Below, one piece after another: positions 50,536-60,209 of a stretch of DNA of 64,000 bases. The first letter of the stretch is position 1. Every line of letters starts with the position of its first letter. The stretch is from assembly GCA_965116565.1 (NCBI GenBank), contig OZ220699.1:2506858-2570857 (forward strand). The letters are read 5' to 3'. The notes below the pieces were generated by a model, which saw only the letters and a program-made list of their open reading frames with translations, ran no database searches and was not told where the DNA came from. Made by a program: the position numbers and the translations under genes. The stretch is from Dehalococcoidia bacterium (GTDB taxonomy: Bacteria > Chloroflexota > Dehalococcoidia > Lucifugimonadales > UBA3495).

Positions 50536-51309
50536 ATGGTCCGCACCAACCGTGCCAAAGCCAAGTTGCTCGCGGGAGAAATCGCCGTGGGCGGCAGCGT
50601 GAATTTCTACGCGCCGATATTGGTAGAACTCTACGGCGTTTTGGGGTTCGACTGGGTTTGGATAGATTGCGAACACGGGTCTTCCAACGATTCGGAATCG
50701 GAGAACATGATCCGCGCGGCAGAGTTGCATGACATCACGCCGGTGGTTCGGGTCCCCAATGCTGAACCCTCGACGCTGCTTCGTTTCCTGGATCGCGGGG
50801 CGCAGGGGCTGATCGTGCCTCACGTTAACACGCGGGCGGAGGCGGAGGCAGTGGCGCAGGCCTCGCATTATTACCCGATGGGTGATCGAAGCAGCGCCAC
50901 CGGCGGGCGCACCAATAGGCTGGGCAGCGGGCTGCCGCCGATGGAATACTACGAGGCGGCGAACCGGGAGACGCTGGTGATCTGCATGGTGGAGACGCCG
51001 GAAGCCGTCGAGAATGTCCGCGAAATCGCCAACGTCGACGGAGTGGACGCTATCCTTGTGGGCAGCAGCGATTTGACGCAAGCCATGGGAATGCCGCCAC
51101 AGGCCGATGTGGATGCCGCTATCTCCAAAGTGATCGACGGTACGCTGGCCGAGGGCAAGATCATCGGCGTCGCCGGCGCCGGCATGACGGTGGACAACGT
51201 GGGCCGATTCAGGCAGTTCGCAGAACGCGGGGTACACCTGATGTCGGTTAACGTGCAGGACTTCATCCGCCAGAGCGCGGGCGGGTTCCTGGCCGACCTG
51301 CGCGGCTGA
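50536..51309 (+). CDS. HpcH/HpaI-family aldolase
   Basis: Full-length family resemblance (WIDCEHGS, MVETPEAVEN). AAGGAG upstream of the ATG at 50536. Confidence 0.85.
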   Translation: MVRTNRAKAKLLAGEIAVGGSVNFYAPILVELYGVLGFDWVWIDCEHGSSNDSESENMIRAAELHDITPVVRVPNAEPSTLLRFLDRGAQGLIVPHVNTRAEAEAVAQASHYYPMGDRSSATGGRTNRLGSGLPPMEYYEAANRETLVICMVETPEAVENVREIANVDGVDAILVGSSDLTQAMGMPPQADVDAAISKVIDGTLAEGKIIGVAGAGMTVDNVGRFRQFAERGVHLMSVNVQDFIRQSAGGFLADLRG

Positions 51310-51553
51310 CGCTGAGCTAAACCGAGGGGACAACGCCCCGAAATGGGACTGGGCGGCCAAGTTGACCGGGTGCAGAGCCGGTGTTAAATTGGCCGCCGAT
51401 ATTCGTTAACGCTTTACGATTTCGGACGTTGTTTCCACGATGGCCAAACTTGCCGACCGTGTGCCCGCTGGCGAATCGACGTTTTGATTTCGAACATTGC
51501 ATCTGATTAAGCTACCCGACGAATTTGGCGCCGAAAGATTGGAGGACTCTGAT

Positions 51554-52051
51554 ATGCGCGACACGGCACTCTACATCAATGGGATTTTTCGCGATGTGTT
51601 CGAAGATATATTAACGGCGCAGACGAATAATCCCAACCGCCACTACTACCTTCAGCCCTACGCTGGATACCCTATATCCTACCTGCGCGACAACCCACCC
51701 GCTCACAACGACTGGGTGAGCGTATATGCCTCCGTTTCTGATGACCTGCATAAAGTTCACTATGCCGCGCGCCTGATTCGTTGGGAGGACAAACGCACGA
51801 TCCCAAGCGAGAAGCGTGCCCGGATCCTGGCCGAACTCAGGGAGTACCAACCGTCGGAATGTGGAATGCCCGACCCTGGCCATGTGGAAGGTGATACAGG
51901 CATAAACCTCCTGTATGTGACTCGTGTACAAAAAATCGACCGCCCGTTCAACGTAGGAGAGTTGACCCTGAAAAGCAAAAATCGCCCACTGTTGCCCAGA
52001 GAAGTAGCGGGCGGGTTGGCGTACGTACTACCCAGATCTGACGATTGTTGA
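51554..52051 (+). CDS. Hypothetical protein (165 aa), no family recognised
   Basis: ATG with GGAGG 8 nt upstream. Protein-like composition and lower GC than the flanking genes. Confidence 0.5.
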   Translation: MRDTALYINGIFRDVFEDILTAQTNNPNRHYYLQPYAGYPISYLRDNPPAHNDWVSVYASVSDDLHKVHYAARLIRWEDKRTIPSEKRARILAELREYQPSECGMPDPGHVEGDTGINLLYVTRVQKIDRPFNVGELTLKSKNRPLLPREVAGGLAYVLPRSDDC

Positions 52052-52063
52052 TGCCATCGCTGG

Positions 52064-53044
52064 TTGGATTTGGAGATGAGTGATCTTGCCGACCGCTTAC
52101 TGAACGGGGAACTGCGGGCGCTCTCGCGGGCGCTGACCCTTTTGGAGCGTGGCAACCCGGAGGCGGGGCCCGTCATGGAACGGTTGGACCCTCACACCGG
52201 CCGCGCCTACACCGTGGGTATCACGGGCCCGCCCGGCGTGGGCAAAAGCACGCTGGTGGACCGGTTGGCCGAACACCTGCGCGGCCATGAACTCACTGTA
52301 GGGATTCTCGCGGTGGACCCCACCAGCCCATTCACCGGCGGCGCGCTGCTCGGCGACCGGATTCGTATGCAGAGGCACTATCTGGACGACGGCGTTTTCA
52401 TCCGCAGCGTCGCCACACGCGGGCAGTCCGGCGGGTTGCCGCGCATCGTCAAGAGCATGGTGCGGGCGCTGGACGCGGCCGGCAAAGACGTCATCCTGGT
52501 GGAAACGGTGGGCGTGGGCCAGACCGAACTGGGAATCATGGGGGTGGCCGACTCCGTGGTGGTCGCGATGACTCCTGAATCAGGCGACTCGATCCAGACA
52601 CTGAAGGCCGGCGTGATGGAAATCGCTGATCTTTATGTCATCAACAAAGCCGACCGGGATGGAGCAAACCAATTGGCGGCCGCAGTGACGGCGATGCTGC
52701 ATATGGCGGACCTGAGCGACGGATGGAATCCGCGCGTCCTGTTGACGCAGGCCTACTCCAACGTGGGGATCGCCGAGCTTTGGGATGGCATCGGCGAGCA
52801 TCGTGGCTTTCTGGCAAGTACCCATGGGCTCGAGAAACGTCGAGCGGAACGGAGGAGGTCCGAGTTTCTTGAGACTGTTCAGGAGGAGTTGTACCGGCGG
52901 ATTACCAAACGCCTGGGCGAAGACGCGAATTTGAGTGATCTCCTGGATAATATCGTTGGGAAGTCCGCCGAGCCGTACGGGGAAGCGATGCGCTTGTTGG
53001 ATGACGATGCCGGTTTGGCCCGAGTGCTCAATGGCGGTGCTTGA
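52064..53044 (+). CDS. meaB: Methylmalonyl-CoA mutase-associated GTPase MeaB/ArgK
   Basis: GPPGVGKST P-loop, ETVGVGQ and NKAD motifs. The start is ambiguous (TTG at 52064 or ATG at 52076). Confidence 0.9.
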   Translation: MDLEMSDLADRLLNGELRALSRALTLLERGNPEAGPVMERLDPHTGRAYTVGITGPPGVGKSTLVDRLAEHLRGHELTVGILAVDPTSPFTGGALLGDRIRMQRHYLDDGVFIRSVATRGQSGGLPRIVKSMVRALDAAGKDVILVETVGVGQTELGIMGVADSVVVAMTPESGDSIQTLKAGVMEIADLYVINKADRDGANQLAAAVTAMLHMADLSDGWNPRVLLTQAYSNVGIAELWDGIGEHRGFLASTHGLEKRRAERRRSEFLETVQEELYRRITKRLGEDANLSDLLDNIVGKSAEPYGEAMRLLDDDAGLARVLNGGA

Positions 53045-53107
53045 AAGGTAATGAAACGGGGCGACCGAGTGGCCGCCCCTCATCTGTGGCGTCGTCGATC
53101 CAAGCCG

Positions 53108-54025
53108 TCAGTTGCGATTGTCCGCGTCTTCGTTGGCGCCGTTTGACTGGTTGCCGCGGTTGTTGCCGCTGCCGCCGTCCGGCTGGTTCATACTGCCCAT
53201 TCCCAGGAAAGGCGACAGCATCGAAGTGAACTCCATCGGAAAAATGAATTTGGTGGACGGACTGCTGCCCAGCGATTTGAGCGTATCAAAATACTGGAGG
53301 CTCATCGTGCGAGCATCGACCGTGCTTGCCACGTTGTAGATGCGCTCCAGGGCGGTGCTGAATCCCTCCGCTCTCAGGACGGTGGCCTGCTGGTCGCCCT
53401 CGGCCGCAAGTATCTCCGACTCACGCTGACCCTGCGCGCGGAGAATTGCGGATTGGCGCTCACCCTCGGCAAGGTTGATGGCAGCCTGCCTTTGTCCCTC
53501 GGACTCGGTGATCTCGGCGGTGCGGATGGCGTCGGCGGACTTCTGCCGTTCCATGGCCGCTTTGACTCCCGGGGGCGGATCGACCTCGTTGATCTCAACC
53601 TGGGAGACCTTGACGCCCCAACGCTCGGTCACCTCGTCCATGCGGACCTGCACATCGTCGCGGATGCGCTCCCGTTCGGAAAGCGTGGTCGCCAGATCCA
53701 TTGCGCCAATGACGGAACGTAGCGTGGCGAATGCCAGATTGATGACCGCGGCTTCGAAGTTCTGGACCTCCAGCACCGCCCGGTCAACGGCGTCCTCCAT
53801 CACGCGGTAGTAGATCACGAAGTCCATGTCCACGACCACGTTGTCGGCTGTGATGTATTTCTGGGTCGGTACCCGCGTCACCCGCTCCCGCAAGTCCACC
53901 TTGGTGCCGTTGTAGAGGATGGGGATCAGGAAATGGAGGCCAGGCCGTCTGGCGCCGATGAAGGTGCCGAAACGTTGGACCACCATTCGCTGGTACTGTT
54001 GGACGACTATCAGCCCGCTGGCCAT
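53108..54025 (-). CDS. SPFH/band-7 (stomatin-like) protein
   Basis: SPFH domain sequence and a coiled-coil tail rich in A/E/Q/R. Confidence 0.9.
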   Translation of the reverse strand: MASGLIVVQQYQRMVVQRFGTFIGARRPGLHFLIPILYNGTKVDLRERVTRVPTQKYITADNVVVDMDFVIYYRVMEDAVDRAVLEVQNFEAAVINLAFATLRSVIGAMDLATTLSERERIRDDVQVRMDEVTERWGVKVSQVEINEVDPPPGVKAAMERQKSADAIRTAEITESEGQRQAAINLAEGERQSAILRAQGQRESEILAAEGDQQATVLRAEGFSTALERIYNVASTVDARTMSLQYFDTLKSLGSSPSTKFIFPMEFTSMLSPFLGMGSMNQPDGGSGNNRGNQSNGANEDADNRN

Positions 54026-54080
54026 TATCGAGCCTCCTTACTGCTTTCGTCGCGAAGGGTTGATCATCGTAATCTTATCA

Positions 54081-55499
54081 TCATTCCTGCCCCTCGATGG
54101 TCGCCGTCAACGCAATCGACTCTACGGTCAACAGCAGTCCGTCGACGGCAACCACGCGGATCCGGCTGCCCTCCTGTATCTCCGACCCGTCGCTGCTCAC
54201 CGCCGACCAGGTCTCGTCTCCCAGATTCACCACCCCCCTCGGATCCAGAACCCTGGTAACGCGTCCGGTTTGACCGAGCAAATGACCTGCGGAACTGCGC
54301 CCGTCGCTGTCGGCATTGCCTCCTCCCGCCGTGGCGGCGCGTCTACCCAGCACGCGGGAAGAGATGGCCTCGAACGCGAGATAGCCTGCGAACAGGGCAA
54401 GGATTCCGCCCACGCCCACCAAAACCCAGGGGCTGACGGACACGTCGGGGAAGCCTGTCGGTATGCTGCCGCCGCCGAAGCTCCCAAAAAGCAGCACGCC
54501 ACCGATGATCAGGCTCACAACCGCGCCTATGCCCAAGGCTCCAAAACCCGATATGAAAATCTCCAGCGCCGCCAGGATCACGGCCAGGACGATGAATGCG
54601 ATCCCTGCCCAGTTGAACGGTAGGTTCCCCAGCGCCAGGAAGCCCAGGCCCAGGCAGATGATGCCGGCGATACCGGGACCGATCGCGCCCGGGGTCATGA
54701 GCTCGAATATGAGCCCTAGGCTGCCCAGGCTGATGAGCAGGAAGGCGATGTTGGGATTGGCGATGAAATCGACGAACCTTTCGCGCCATTGCATTTCAAT
54801 TTCGCGGACATCATAGTTGGTCAGCTCCAGTGTACGCTCGCCGCTTGTGGTGGTTACGCTCCGACCGTCGAGCAGGGTAAGAAGGTGCGGCAGGTCGTCG
54901 GCCAGCAGGTCAATCATGCCTGCGTCGAGGGCTTCGCTGGCGGTGAACGAGGCGGCAGTGCGGACCGTTTGTTCCAACGGTTCGGCGTTTCGGCCACGCT
55001 CCTCGGCTACAGAGCGAATCAGCGCGGCCGCGTCGTTTGTTACCTTGTCGGCCAGAGTCTCCCCAATGTCCTCGCCGCTGCCTGAGACGGGGGTGGCTGC
55101 GCCGATATTGGAACCGGGAGCCATGGCGGCGATGTGCCCAGCGGCAGTGATGAAGGTGCCGGCCGAGCCGGCCTGAGCGCCTCGCGGCGAAACGAAGACC
55201 GCTACGGCCACGTCGGATCCCAACAGCGTTTCCACGATCTCGCGTGTGCTGCCGTAGAGACCGCCGGGCGTGTCCAGTTCGATCACCAGTAATTCAGCGT
55301 CGGCTTCCTCTGCGGCTGCCACGGCGCGGGCGATAACTCGAGCCTTGACCGGATTGATGGTGTCTTCAATCTGGAGTCGCAGCACGGCCGGGGACTGGGC
55401 GTTTGCCGGAGTGTGGTCAAACAGCGCCACCGCGACGCCCGCGCATATGAGTGCGACACAAATGACCAGGACCGGTACTCTTTCTTTCGCCTTGCTCAT
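54081..55499 (-). CDS. NfeD-family membrane-bound ClpP-class serine protease
   Basis: N-terminal ClpP-like domain, central multi-TM region and a C-terminal NfeD OB-like domain. It lies directly upstream of the SPFH gene. Confidence 0.85.
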   Translation of the reverse strand: MSKAKERVPVLVICVALICAGVAVALFDHTPANAQSPAVLRLQIEDTINPVKARVIARAVAAAEEADAELLVIELDTPGGLYGSTREIVETLLGSDVAVAVFVSPRGAQAGSAGTFITAAGHIAAMAPGSNIGAATPVSGSGEDIGETLADKVTNDAAALIRSVAEERGRNAEPLEQTVRTAASFTASEALDAGMIDLLADDLPHLLTLLDGRSVTTTSGERTLELTNYDVREIEMQWRERFVDFIANPNIAFLLISLGSLGLIFELMTPGAIGPGIAGIICLGLGFLALGNLPFNWAGIAFIVLAVILAALEIFISGFGALGIGAVVSLIIGGVLLFGSFGGGSIPTGFPDVSVSPWVLVGVGGILALFAGYLAFEAISSRVLGRRAATAGGGNADSDGRSSAGHLLGQTGRVTRVLDPRGVVNLGDETWSAVSSDGSEIQEGSRIRVVAVDGLLLTVESIALTATIEGQE

Positions 55500-55677
55500 G
55501 ACGGGGACCCGGGTTCATCATCGTGCTTGCCGTAGCGCGTGTCAATGACGCACGGGTCCCGAGTGGATATTCCCGGTGTGGCCGGATTCCGTGTGCCGGC
55601 GCTGGCGTGTTTGACGATGGCAGTGCGCTGCCAATACAATGCGAGCAATTCGGATACCAATAGGAGCGGAAACTTCC

Positions 55678-56538
55678 ATGGACTACCAGTACATTGTGTA
55701 CGATAAGGAACGAGTGTCCCGGTTCGAAGGCAGCGGGGAACGGCGGCGGGAGAAGGTAGGGCATGTGGCGTTCTTGACGATGAACCGTCCCGAAGTTTTG
55801 AACGCGATGAATCGGCAGTTGACGGGCGAGTTGCAAGATGCTGTGCGCGCGGCAAACGAAGACGCTGACATTGGCTGCATAGTGATCACCGGGGCCGATA
55901 CGCACCCGCGCGTGCCCGCGTTCACGGCCGGCGGCGACATTCACCAACAACGCGAAGACCAGGCTGCGCTGAATGCAGGTACGCTGACGCGCGATGACAT
56001 GGACGCCCAATCGTCGAGGCGCCAACGGGGCAGCTACGAGGTGAGCGCATCCGACAAACCCGTGATCGGCATGATCAACGGCTTGGCTTATGGCGGCGGT
56101 GCCGTCCTTTCATCTTCTCTCGATATCCGAATTGGCTCCGACGCCGCGCGTTTCCGTTTCCTGGCGGCTGCTTACGGGCGCATCAATTCGACGTGGACTC
56201 TCGTAAACCAGGTGGGCTGGCCCCAAGCCAAGGAGTTGCTCTTCACGGCGCGTATTGTAGAGGCGGAGGAGGCCTATCGGATCGGGCTGCTGAACCACTT
56301 GGTGCCGACCTACAAACTGCGCGAGAAGACGATGGAGATTGCGACGCAGATCGCCACCAACGACATACCCTCCGTGATTGGCATCAAGCGGTTGTTGCTG
56401 CAACACATGGGTGGTTCGTTGGAGGAGCAGTGGGCCAACGAAAGAGATTTCACCACAAACGTCCTGCGCGGCACTTTGGCGGAGGAGGCGTTCCCGGACT
56501 TCCTGGCTCGTCGTGGACGCCCGGTTCGCAGCGGCTAG
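55678..56538 (+). CDS. Enoyl-CoA hydratase/isomerase family protein
   Basis: Crotonase fold (VAFLTMNRPEVLNAM, INGLAYGGG). Confidence 0.85.
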   Translation: MDYQYIVYDKERVSRFEGSGERRREKVGHVAFLTMNRPEVLNAMNRQLTGELQDAVRAANEDADIGCIVITGADTHPRVPAFTAGGDIHQQREDQAALNAGTLTRDDMDAQSSRRQRGSYEVSASDKPVIGMINGLAYGGGAVLSSSLDIRIGSDAARFRFLAAAYGRINSTWTLVNQVGWPQAKELLFTARIVEAEEAYRIGLLNHLVPTYKLREKTMEIATQIATNDIPSVIGIKRLLLQHMGGSLEEQWANERDFTTNVLRGTLAEEAFPDFLARRGRPVRSG

Positions 56539-56557
56539 CAATTACCTGGTCTCGAAA

Positions 56558-56592
56558 AGAAAACCCCTCCTGGTTGTACCGGAGGGGTTTTC
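56558..56592. terminator. Bidirectional terminator between convergent genes
   Basis: AAAACCCCTCC-10 nt-GGAGGGGTTTT. Confidence 0.75.
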
Positions 56593-56594
56593 GC

Positions 56595-56990
56595 TTAGGT
56601 TTGGCTGCGCCGTCGTTGCAGATGGGGCGGTAACAGTTCGGTGTCTCCCTCCCACACCAGGTTTCCATTGGCGTCTACGACGGAGTACGAAACCGGACGC
56701 CGAGGTGCCGGTTGCACCGATGCGGTTCCCCGGCGCAGTTCGGGCCGGTCTGCCAGCAGGTGGGTATCGCCCGACCACGAGACGTCTCCTTCGGCATTCA
56801 CCACCGAGTATGACACGGGCCGCGAGGTGATCGCGCTATCATCCCTGGGCATCGCGTAGTCCAAATAGCGAGTGGTGAGAGTGTTTGCAATCGGCTGCAT
56901 CGGAGACATCACGCGGATTACGATGGGCTGATCCAGGATGTTTTCAATCACCCGGTTAACGCGGTTAATGTTGTTCTGTACTATCGGCAT
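56595..56990 (-). CDS. Hypothetical protein (131 aa) with two tandem 23-aa repeats
   Basis: RPVSYSVVNAEGDVSWSGDTHLL / RPVSYSVVDANGNLVWEGDTELL. AGGAG lies 6 nt upstream of the ATG. Confidence 0.5.
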   Translation of the reverse strand: MPIVQNNINRVNRVIENILDQPIVIRVMSPMQPIANTLTTRYLDYAMPRDDSAITSRPVSYSVVNAEGDVSWSGDTHLLADRPELRRGTASVQPAPRRPVSYSVVDANGNLVWEGDTELLPPHLQRRRSQT

Positions 56991-57008
56991 TCGTTGCTCC
57001 TGATTCTG

Positions 57009-57041
57009 GTCTCAATAGCCCTATTGTACAGAGATTGAGAC
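57009..57041. promoter_or_regulatory. 8-bp inverted repeat GTCTCAAT-N17-ATTGAGAC between hisB and the small repeat-protein gene
   Basis: Read directly from the sequence. On the minus strand the 17-nt spacer contains TACAAT. Confidence 0.35.
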
Positions 57042-57106
57042 GAAGGCGGCCACGACGCGGGCGAGACCCGACGTGCAGCCAAACTGAGGCGCCATTTCTG
57101 CGCCTG

Positions 57107-57724
57107 TCAACTGTCGAGGGTGCCCTTGGTGCTGGGCACCTGCCCGGTCGCGCGCGGGTCCGGTTCGACGGCGTCTCGAAGCGCGCGCGCCAAGGCTTTG
57201 CACAGCGCTTCGGCTTTGTGGTGCGGACTGACTCCCGAGAGTACCTTGGCGTGAAGATTGATCCGGGCTTCGATGGCGAACGATTCGAGGAAATGCGCCA
57301 CCAAATCGCCGGAGAGGCTCTCCACCATGGTGTCGTTCAACGTGGTATCGACCGTGGTGTACGGCCTCCCACTCCAGTCCACCGCGACCATCACCAGCGT
57401 TTCGTCCAGAGGAACGATCGCGTGGCCCATGCGCCGGATGCCGCGGGGTTCGCCCAAGGCCTGGCCGAAAGCGCGGCCCAGCATGATGCCGGTATCCTCC
57501 ACCAGGTGATGCCAGCCTACGTGGGTGTCCCCCTCCGCCTTGAGGACGATGTCGAACAGCCCATGCCGGGCGATCTGGCTGACCATGTGGTCCAGAAAGC
57601 CGTTGCCCGTGTCAACGTTGTATTGGCCCGAACCGTCCAGGTTGACCGAAATGGCGATACTGGTTTCGGCGGTTTCGCGCTTCAGGTTGGCGGTTCGCTC
57701 ACCGGTTTCATCGGAGGTTGACAT
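57107..57724 (-). CDS. hisB: Imidazoleglycerol-phosphate dehydratase
   Basis: IGPD sequence (GNGFLDHM, HHLVEDTGI). Confidence 0.95.
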   Translation of the reverse strand: MSTSDETGERTANLKRETAETSIAISVNLDGSGQYNVDTGNGFLDHMVSQIARHGLFDIVLKAEGDTHVGWHHLVEDTGIMLGRAFGQALGEPRGIRRMGHAIVPLDETLVMVAVDWSGRPYTTVDTTLNDTMVESLSGDLVAHFLESFAIEARINLHAKVLSGVSPHHKAEALCKALARALRDAVEPDPRATGQVPSTKGTLDS

Positions 57725-57726
57725 GG

Positions 57727-58821
57727 TTAATCCGCCCGGAGAACGGCAAGAAAACCGGCAACCACGGCGTCGGTTTCCTCAGGCTTGCCCACGCTGGAGC
57801 GAATGTAGTCGCGCAACAGGTCGTTATCGAAATAACGCAGAAACACCCCACGTCGGCACATGCCCTCGTAAACCTCGCGGCCTCGGCCGTCCGGCATCTT
57901 GCAAAGGATGAAATTCGCCTGAGACGGCCAAACGGTGATGCCGGGTATCTCGGAGAGCATACGGTGCATGCGCGCGCGTTCTTCAACGATGGCGTCCACC
58001 CGTTCGAGCAGGTTGCTGGTATCAGCCAGCGACGCCAACAATGCGACCTCGGCGGCGAGGTTGACGTTGTACGGTGGCTTGACGCCCATCATTGTGGCTG
58101 CAAGTTCAGCATCCATGGCGCCGGCGCCAATGCGCAGCCCGGCGAGTCCGGCCCATTTGCTGAAAGTGCGCAACACCACGAGGTTGCGATACTCGGGCAG
58201 CAGGGGCATGAGCGTTTGTCCGCAGAAATCGTAGTAGGCCTCGTCCGCGACGACCAATAGACCTGTGTCCAGAAGTGCCCGGGCCTGGGCTTCGGTAACC
58301 AGGTTGCCCGTGGGATTGTTGGGAGTGGGGAAGAAGATCGCCTTGGTTCGGGGAGTAATCGCTCCTTTTATGGCTTCGATGTCAATATCGAAACTGTTAT
58401 CTCGCGGGACGGCGATGGCCTGAGCCCCGGCCACATCTGCGGAAAAGGAGTACATGCCAAAGGTCGGCACGGGGATGATGATTTCATCCCCGGGAGCCAG
58501 GAACATCCGCATCAGGAGGTCAATGATCTCATCGCTACCGTTGCCAGCCACTATGTTGGCTTCGTCAACGCCGAGATATTCGGACAGTGCGGACCTCAAC
58601 CGCCGCTGTGCGGGGTCCGGATAGTGGTTGTAGTCCTTGAAGCTCCCCAGGGCCTCAGCCACCTGTGGTGAGGGGCCATACGGGTTTTCGTTGCCGTTCA
58701 GTCGGATTACCCGCTCCAATGGGATGCCAGCTTCCTCGGCTAGGGTTTCGCTGGGCGAAACTCCCTCGTATGTCTTGAGGCGGCTGATGTGGGGCAATAA
58801 CAGTTCTTCAATATCGGGCAT
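57727..58821 (-). CDS. hisC: Histidinol-phosphate aminotransferase
   Basis: Class-II aminotransferase HisC-like sequence (LNGNENPYGPSP, TFSKWAGLAGLR). Confidence 0.9.
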   Translation of the reverse strand: MPDIEELLLPHISRLKTYEGVSPSETLAEEAGIPLERVIRLNGNENPYGPSPQVAEALGSFKDYNHYPDPAQRRLRSALSEYLGVDEANIVAGNGSDEIIDLLMRMFLAPGDEIIIPVPTFGMYSFSADVAGAQAIAVPRDNSFDIDIEAIKGAITPRTKAIFFPTPNNPTGNLVTEAQARALLDTGLLVVADEAYYDFCGQTLMPLLPEYRNLVVLRTFSKWAGLAGLRIGAGAMDAELAATMMGVKPPYNVNLAAEVALLASLADTSNLLERVDAIVEERARMHRMLSEIPGITVWPSQANFILCKMPDGRGREVYEGMCRRGVFLRYFDNDLLRDYIRSSVGKPEETDAVVAGFLAVLRAD

Positions 58822-58862
58822 CGGTGCGCAGTCCTCCCCCGGAGGTGGTCAGATCAGAAAAT

Positions 58863-60209
58863 TTACGGTGATTGGGTCGCGCCGAGGTGGTCCAGCCGGG
58901 CTTGTACCGCGCCAGCGTGACCAGGCAGGCCTTCGGCCTCTGCAATCCGCACCGCTGCAGGCCCGAGGTCAGTGAAATGGCTCGGGCTCAGGCCCACGAC
59001 CGGCATGGTACGCAAGAAATGATGGACGCTCAATGCGGAACTGAACCGTGCCGTGCCTCCGGTGGGCATTACGTGGGACGGCCCAGCGATGTAATCGCCC
59101 ATGACTTCGGGCGAGAACTCGCCGAGGAACAAACCGCCGGCGTTGCGGATCTCGCCGACCCGGGCCCAGGGATCGGCGACCATGAGACACAAGTGTTCGG
59201 GCGCGATGCGGTTGGCCACCGCGATGGCTTCCTCGAAGTCGTTGACGAGGACGATGCAACCCTGCCGTTCCAGAGAATGGCGGATCGTTTCGGCGCGAGG
59301 GTTGGATGCGATCTGAGCGTCGAGCTCCGACTCGATGCCCGCCACCAATTGGTCGGAATCTGTGACGAGGATGGCGGACGCCATGGGGTCGTGCTCAGCC
59401 TGCGCTATGAGGTCGGCGGCGCAGAAAACCGGATTGGCGCTCCCATCGGCCAACACGATTGTCTCGGTAGGTCCGAACACGCCGTCGATATCGACTTGCC
59501 CCTGCACCATGCGCTTCGCGTAGGCTACGAAAACGTTGCCGGGTCCGCATATTTTGTCGACCTTTTTTACGCTTTCCGTACCATAGGCCAACGCGCCGAT
59601 GGCGGGAACGCCTCCGACTTGATAGACTGCGTCAACGCCCGCGATGCGAGCCGCCGCCAGCACGGTCGGGTTGAGCGGTTCGATGCCTCGCCGCGGAGTG
59701 GTGAGCACGACTTGCCGAACCCCCGCCACCCGCGCAGGGATAGCTGTCATAAGTACAGTGGAAGGATATGCAGCGGTTCCGCCCGGAGCGTAGAGCCCGA
59801 CGCGTTCCAGGGGCCTGATCAGTTCGCCCAGCCCGTCGCCCAAGTCGACCCAGTCCCGGGGCAACGTCGCCTCATGAAACCGAGTGATACGTTCGGCGGC
59901 CAAACTGAGCGCCCGCTTCAAGTCATCGGGGATGGATTCCCAGGCGTCGTCCAGTTCCGACGCCGGGATTTCCAACTCTTCGAGATCGGCATCGTCCAAT
60001 AGTTTTGCGTAGCGGCGGACGGCGCGGTCTCCCTCGGCGCGCACATCGCGCAGCATGTGGAGGACAGAGGACTCAGGAGTAGCTTCCGGGCCGAACAGGT
60101 CGCGGGTTCTCTGCAACGCCCCGTCCGGCAAAGAGGACAGGTCGAGCGGGTCAATGCGCGTCAGAATCGAATCGGCGGCGGCGAGGCCTCGCACTGTTTT
60201 AAGTCGCAC
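58863..60209 (-). CDS. hisD: Histidinol dehydrogenase
   Basis: HisD sequence (QAEHDP, GDYIAGPSHVMPT). The GTG start at 60209 is approximate. Confidence 0.9.
   Translation of the reverse strand: MRLKTVRGLAAADSILTRIDPLDLSSLPDGALQRTRDLFGPEATPESSVLHMLRDVRAEGDRAVRRYAKLLDDADLEELEIPASELDDAWESIPDDLKRALSLAAERITRFHEATLPRDWVDLGDGLGELIRPLERVGLYAPGGTAAYPSTVLMTAIPARVAGVRQVVLTTPRRGIEPLNPTVLAAARIAGVDAVYQVGGVPAIGALAYGTESVKKVDKICGPGNVFVAYAKRMVQGQVDIDGVFGPTETIVLADGSANPVFCAADLIAQAEHDPMASAILVTDSDQLVAGIESELDAQIASNPRAETIRHSLERQGCIVLVNDFEEAIAVANRIAPEHLCLMVADPWARVGEIRNAGGLFLGEFSPEVMGDYIAGPSHVMPTGGTARFSSALSVHHFLRTMPVVGLSPSHFTDLGPAAVRIAEAEGLPGHAGAVQARLDHLGATQSP

Noticed and set aside
58872-60002. 376-aa ORF on the plus strand.
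   Set aside because: It is antisense to hisD.
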